Assembly: GCA_964016885.1 (NCBI GenBank) | Contig: OZ024743.1 | Location: forward strand, 327,050,001 to 327,114,000 | Length of the DNA: 64,000 bases | Origin: Eledone cirrhosa | Lineage: Eukaryota | Direction of reading: 5' to 3' | Shown: piece after piece, positions 61,897 to 64,000 of the stretch | Numbering within the stretch: position 1 is the stretch's first letter | Layout of the letters: each line of letters opens with the position of its first letter | Translations under genes and position numbers: made by a program | Notes under the pieces: model-generated | Seen by the model: only the letters and a program-made list of their open reading frames with translations | Database searches by the model: none | Told to the model about the DNA's origin: nothing

Positions 61897-64000
61897 CTCT
61901 ATGCTTTGCCGTTCACGTATATTACTATTACACATCCAGCGGAGCATGCAAGCTTCGTTCCTCTCCAGTCTGCGTATATCCTCTGCACACAATGCCCAGG
62001 TCTCACTGCCATGCAACATTGCTGTTCGTATGCAGGCATCATACAGCCTGCCTTTCATTTTTAGGGAGAACCCTTTAGCGGCTAATAGTGGTATAAGCTC
62101 TCTGAACTTTTTCCATCCAGTTCTGACTCTAGCTACTGTACTTTCAGAGCACCCTCCCCCACTGCTGATTTTGTCACCCAGGTAACGGAAGCTGTCCACT
62201 ATTTCTATAGAACCATCTGTGCAATGGAATGAGCTAGTATTCTGTGGCACTTGCTGCTATTTATTGCACCAGAGGACCGGCCACAGATAAAATCTATGTT
62301 CTTAGTTAGCTTACCTGTGATCCCACTACATCTTTTATGCACCCATACTTTGCATTTGGGACATAAAATGGAGTTTCTACCTACTCCTTGCCTACACACT
62401 GAGCATGGCCATTTCCCGGTTGGGACCGGCGCCCTATTTTCCTTCCTACAAACTAGAACTTTAGGCTTAGACAGGTTAATTTTAAGCCCTTTTGATTCTA
62501 GGCCATGCTTCCATGTTTGGAATTTCTTCTCTAGTTCGGCCATTGATTCAGCTATGAGCGTTAGATCATCTGCGTATAGGAGTTCCCATGGGCAGCCGGT
62601 CTTGAACTCTACTGTTATAGCCTGAAGGGCAATAATAAATAGTAGGGGGCTAAGAACGGAGCCCTGATGAACACCAACTTTTACGCTAAACTCTTCACTG
62701 TATTCGTTGTTAATTCTAACCTTGCTGACTGTTTCTTTATACATGGCTTGTATAGCTCTCACAAGCCATTCATCAACACCTAGTTTTCTAAGAGCCCACC
62801 AGATAATGGAACGGGGGACTCTGTCGAAGGCTTTCTCCAAGTCGACAAAAGCTAAGTATAGGGGTTTACTTTTAGCTAGGTACTTCTCCTGTAGTTGTCG
62901 TACAATGAAAAGAGCGTCTGTGGTACTTTTACCTGACACAAACCCGAACTGCATTTCATCTAGATCAATTCTCTCTCTGATTAGTTGCGCTATTACTTTT
63001 TCTGTGACCTTCATGACGTGGTCGATTAATTTAATGCCTCTATAGTTACTCCTATCTAGGGCATCTCCTTTACCCTTGTAGCAGTTAATGATGATGCTGC
63101 TACGCCAGTACTTCGGAACAACCCCATTCTGTATGACTTGGTTTACTATCCGGGTGACCATGGTGTGTCCCACCGTTCCAGAAGCTTTCAGCATTTCAGC
63201 AACTATTTCCGAAGGCCCAGCCGCCTTACCCGTCTTCATATCTTTGATCGCCTTACTTATTATACTACCTTCGACTAACACTGCTGGTCCCTCTATTGGG
63301 TCTATGTGGGGGAGACTGTCTTTCTCCCATTTATTCTCCTCATTTAGTAGCCTTTCGTAGTGACACTTCCAAGCTACCTTTTTTATCAGCGTCAGTGATG
63401 GCAAGTACACCATCATCATTAAGGACACACTTCTCCCCGACAATATCACGGTTTTCCTTGACATATTGCTTAGCAATCCTGAACACCTCACGTTTTTGGT
63501 CCTCACGTTCAACTTTCTTTCCTCTGCTTCCCTTCTTGCGAAGTACACTTGTCTCCTAACTTCCCTCCTGGCCACTTGATAGTCTTCTCTACTTCCCCCA
63601 ACCCGCCATACTTTCCAAGCCTCCTTTTTGGCTTTAATTGACTCCTCCACCTTACTGATCCACCACCATGTTACTCACCTCCTGCCTATAGGCCTGCTCC
63701 AGCCACAGACTTCGTCTGCCGCCATCAGCAGGTTTGCTTTCAGGAATTCCCACTGTTCCTCTATATTGTACGATTCTAAATGCTCTTCCTTACTGTCGAA
63801 AGCATCAAGTAATATGCTTTTAAATTTATTTCTGGCTGTGGGGTCCTTTAGCTTCCATATTTTTCTCCTGAGGATAGTCCTCTTCTGCTGTCGAGTACGT
63901 CTCGTCCTGACTATGAGGTCGCTAATTATCAGTCTATATTGGGCGGTGCATTCTTCGTGGGGGAGGGATTTAGTGTTTACAACAGACACTCTGTCACGTC
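61897..64000 (-). mobile_element. young RTE (subfamily A), 3'-truncated, continuing past the window
   Basis: ORF 62205-63650 with all RT motifs; highly similar to 53078-55080 in inverted orientation. Confidence 0.95.

Noticed and set aside
3159-63559. Recurrent antisense ORFs (MPFLTPT..., SEHPPPLLILSPR, MMLLR...FG) that look like a gene family
   Set aside because: Reverse-strand or 3' UTR frames of the same RTE repeats

Overview
AT-rich eukaryotic DNA that is almost entirely transposon-derived. The repeat repertoire (RTE LINEs, tRNA-SINEs, long (TA)n) suggests an octopod cephalopod; this is inference. The only host coding sequence I can support is a 94-nt minus-strand exon (11587-11680, AG/GT-flanked) encoding RGLNPPHRVKSISMASFTADEMELLKSHGND, part of the ArfGAP domain of AGFG1/drongo. 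The window is therefore two very large introns. They hold more than 15 copies or fragments of at least three RTE-clade LINE subfamilies with (GAT)n tails and a C4HC3 PHD-like finger inside ORF2. Also present are a Naiad-like Penelope element with direct pseudo-LTRs, CR1 and L1/Tx1 fragments, an IR/DR Tc1, a DD37D maT transposon, TTAA-flanked piggyBac-type MITEs and several SINEs. The most notable unannotated signal is a set of hammerhead ribozyme motifs of Penelope-like origin. Two ~190-bp elements form 57-60-bp palindromes that place a type I hammerhead on each strand, with covarying stem I. A U3-A8 core-variant hammerhead lies in the Naiad pLTR. Most element boundaries are approximate, and all family calls were made by eye without database searches.
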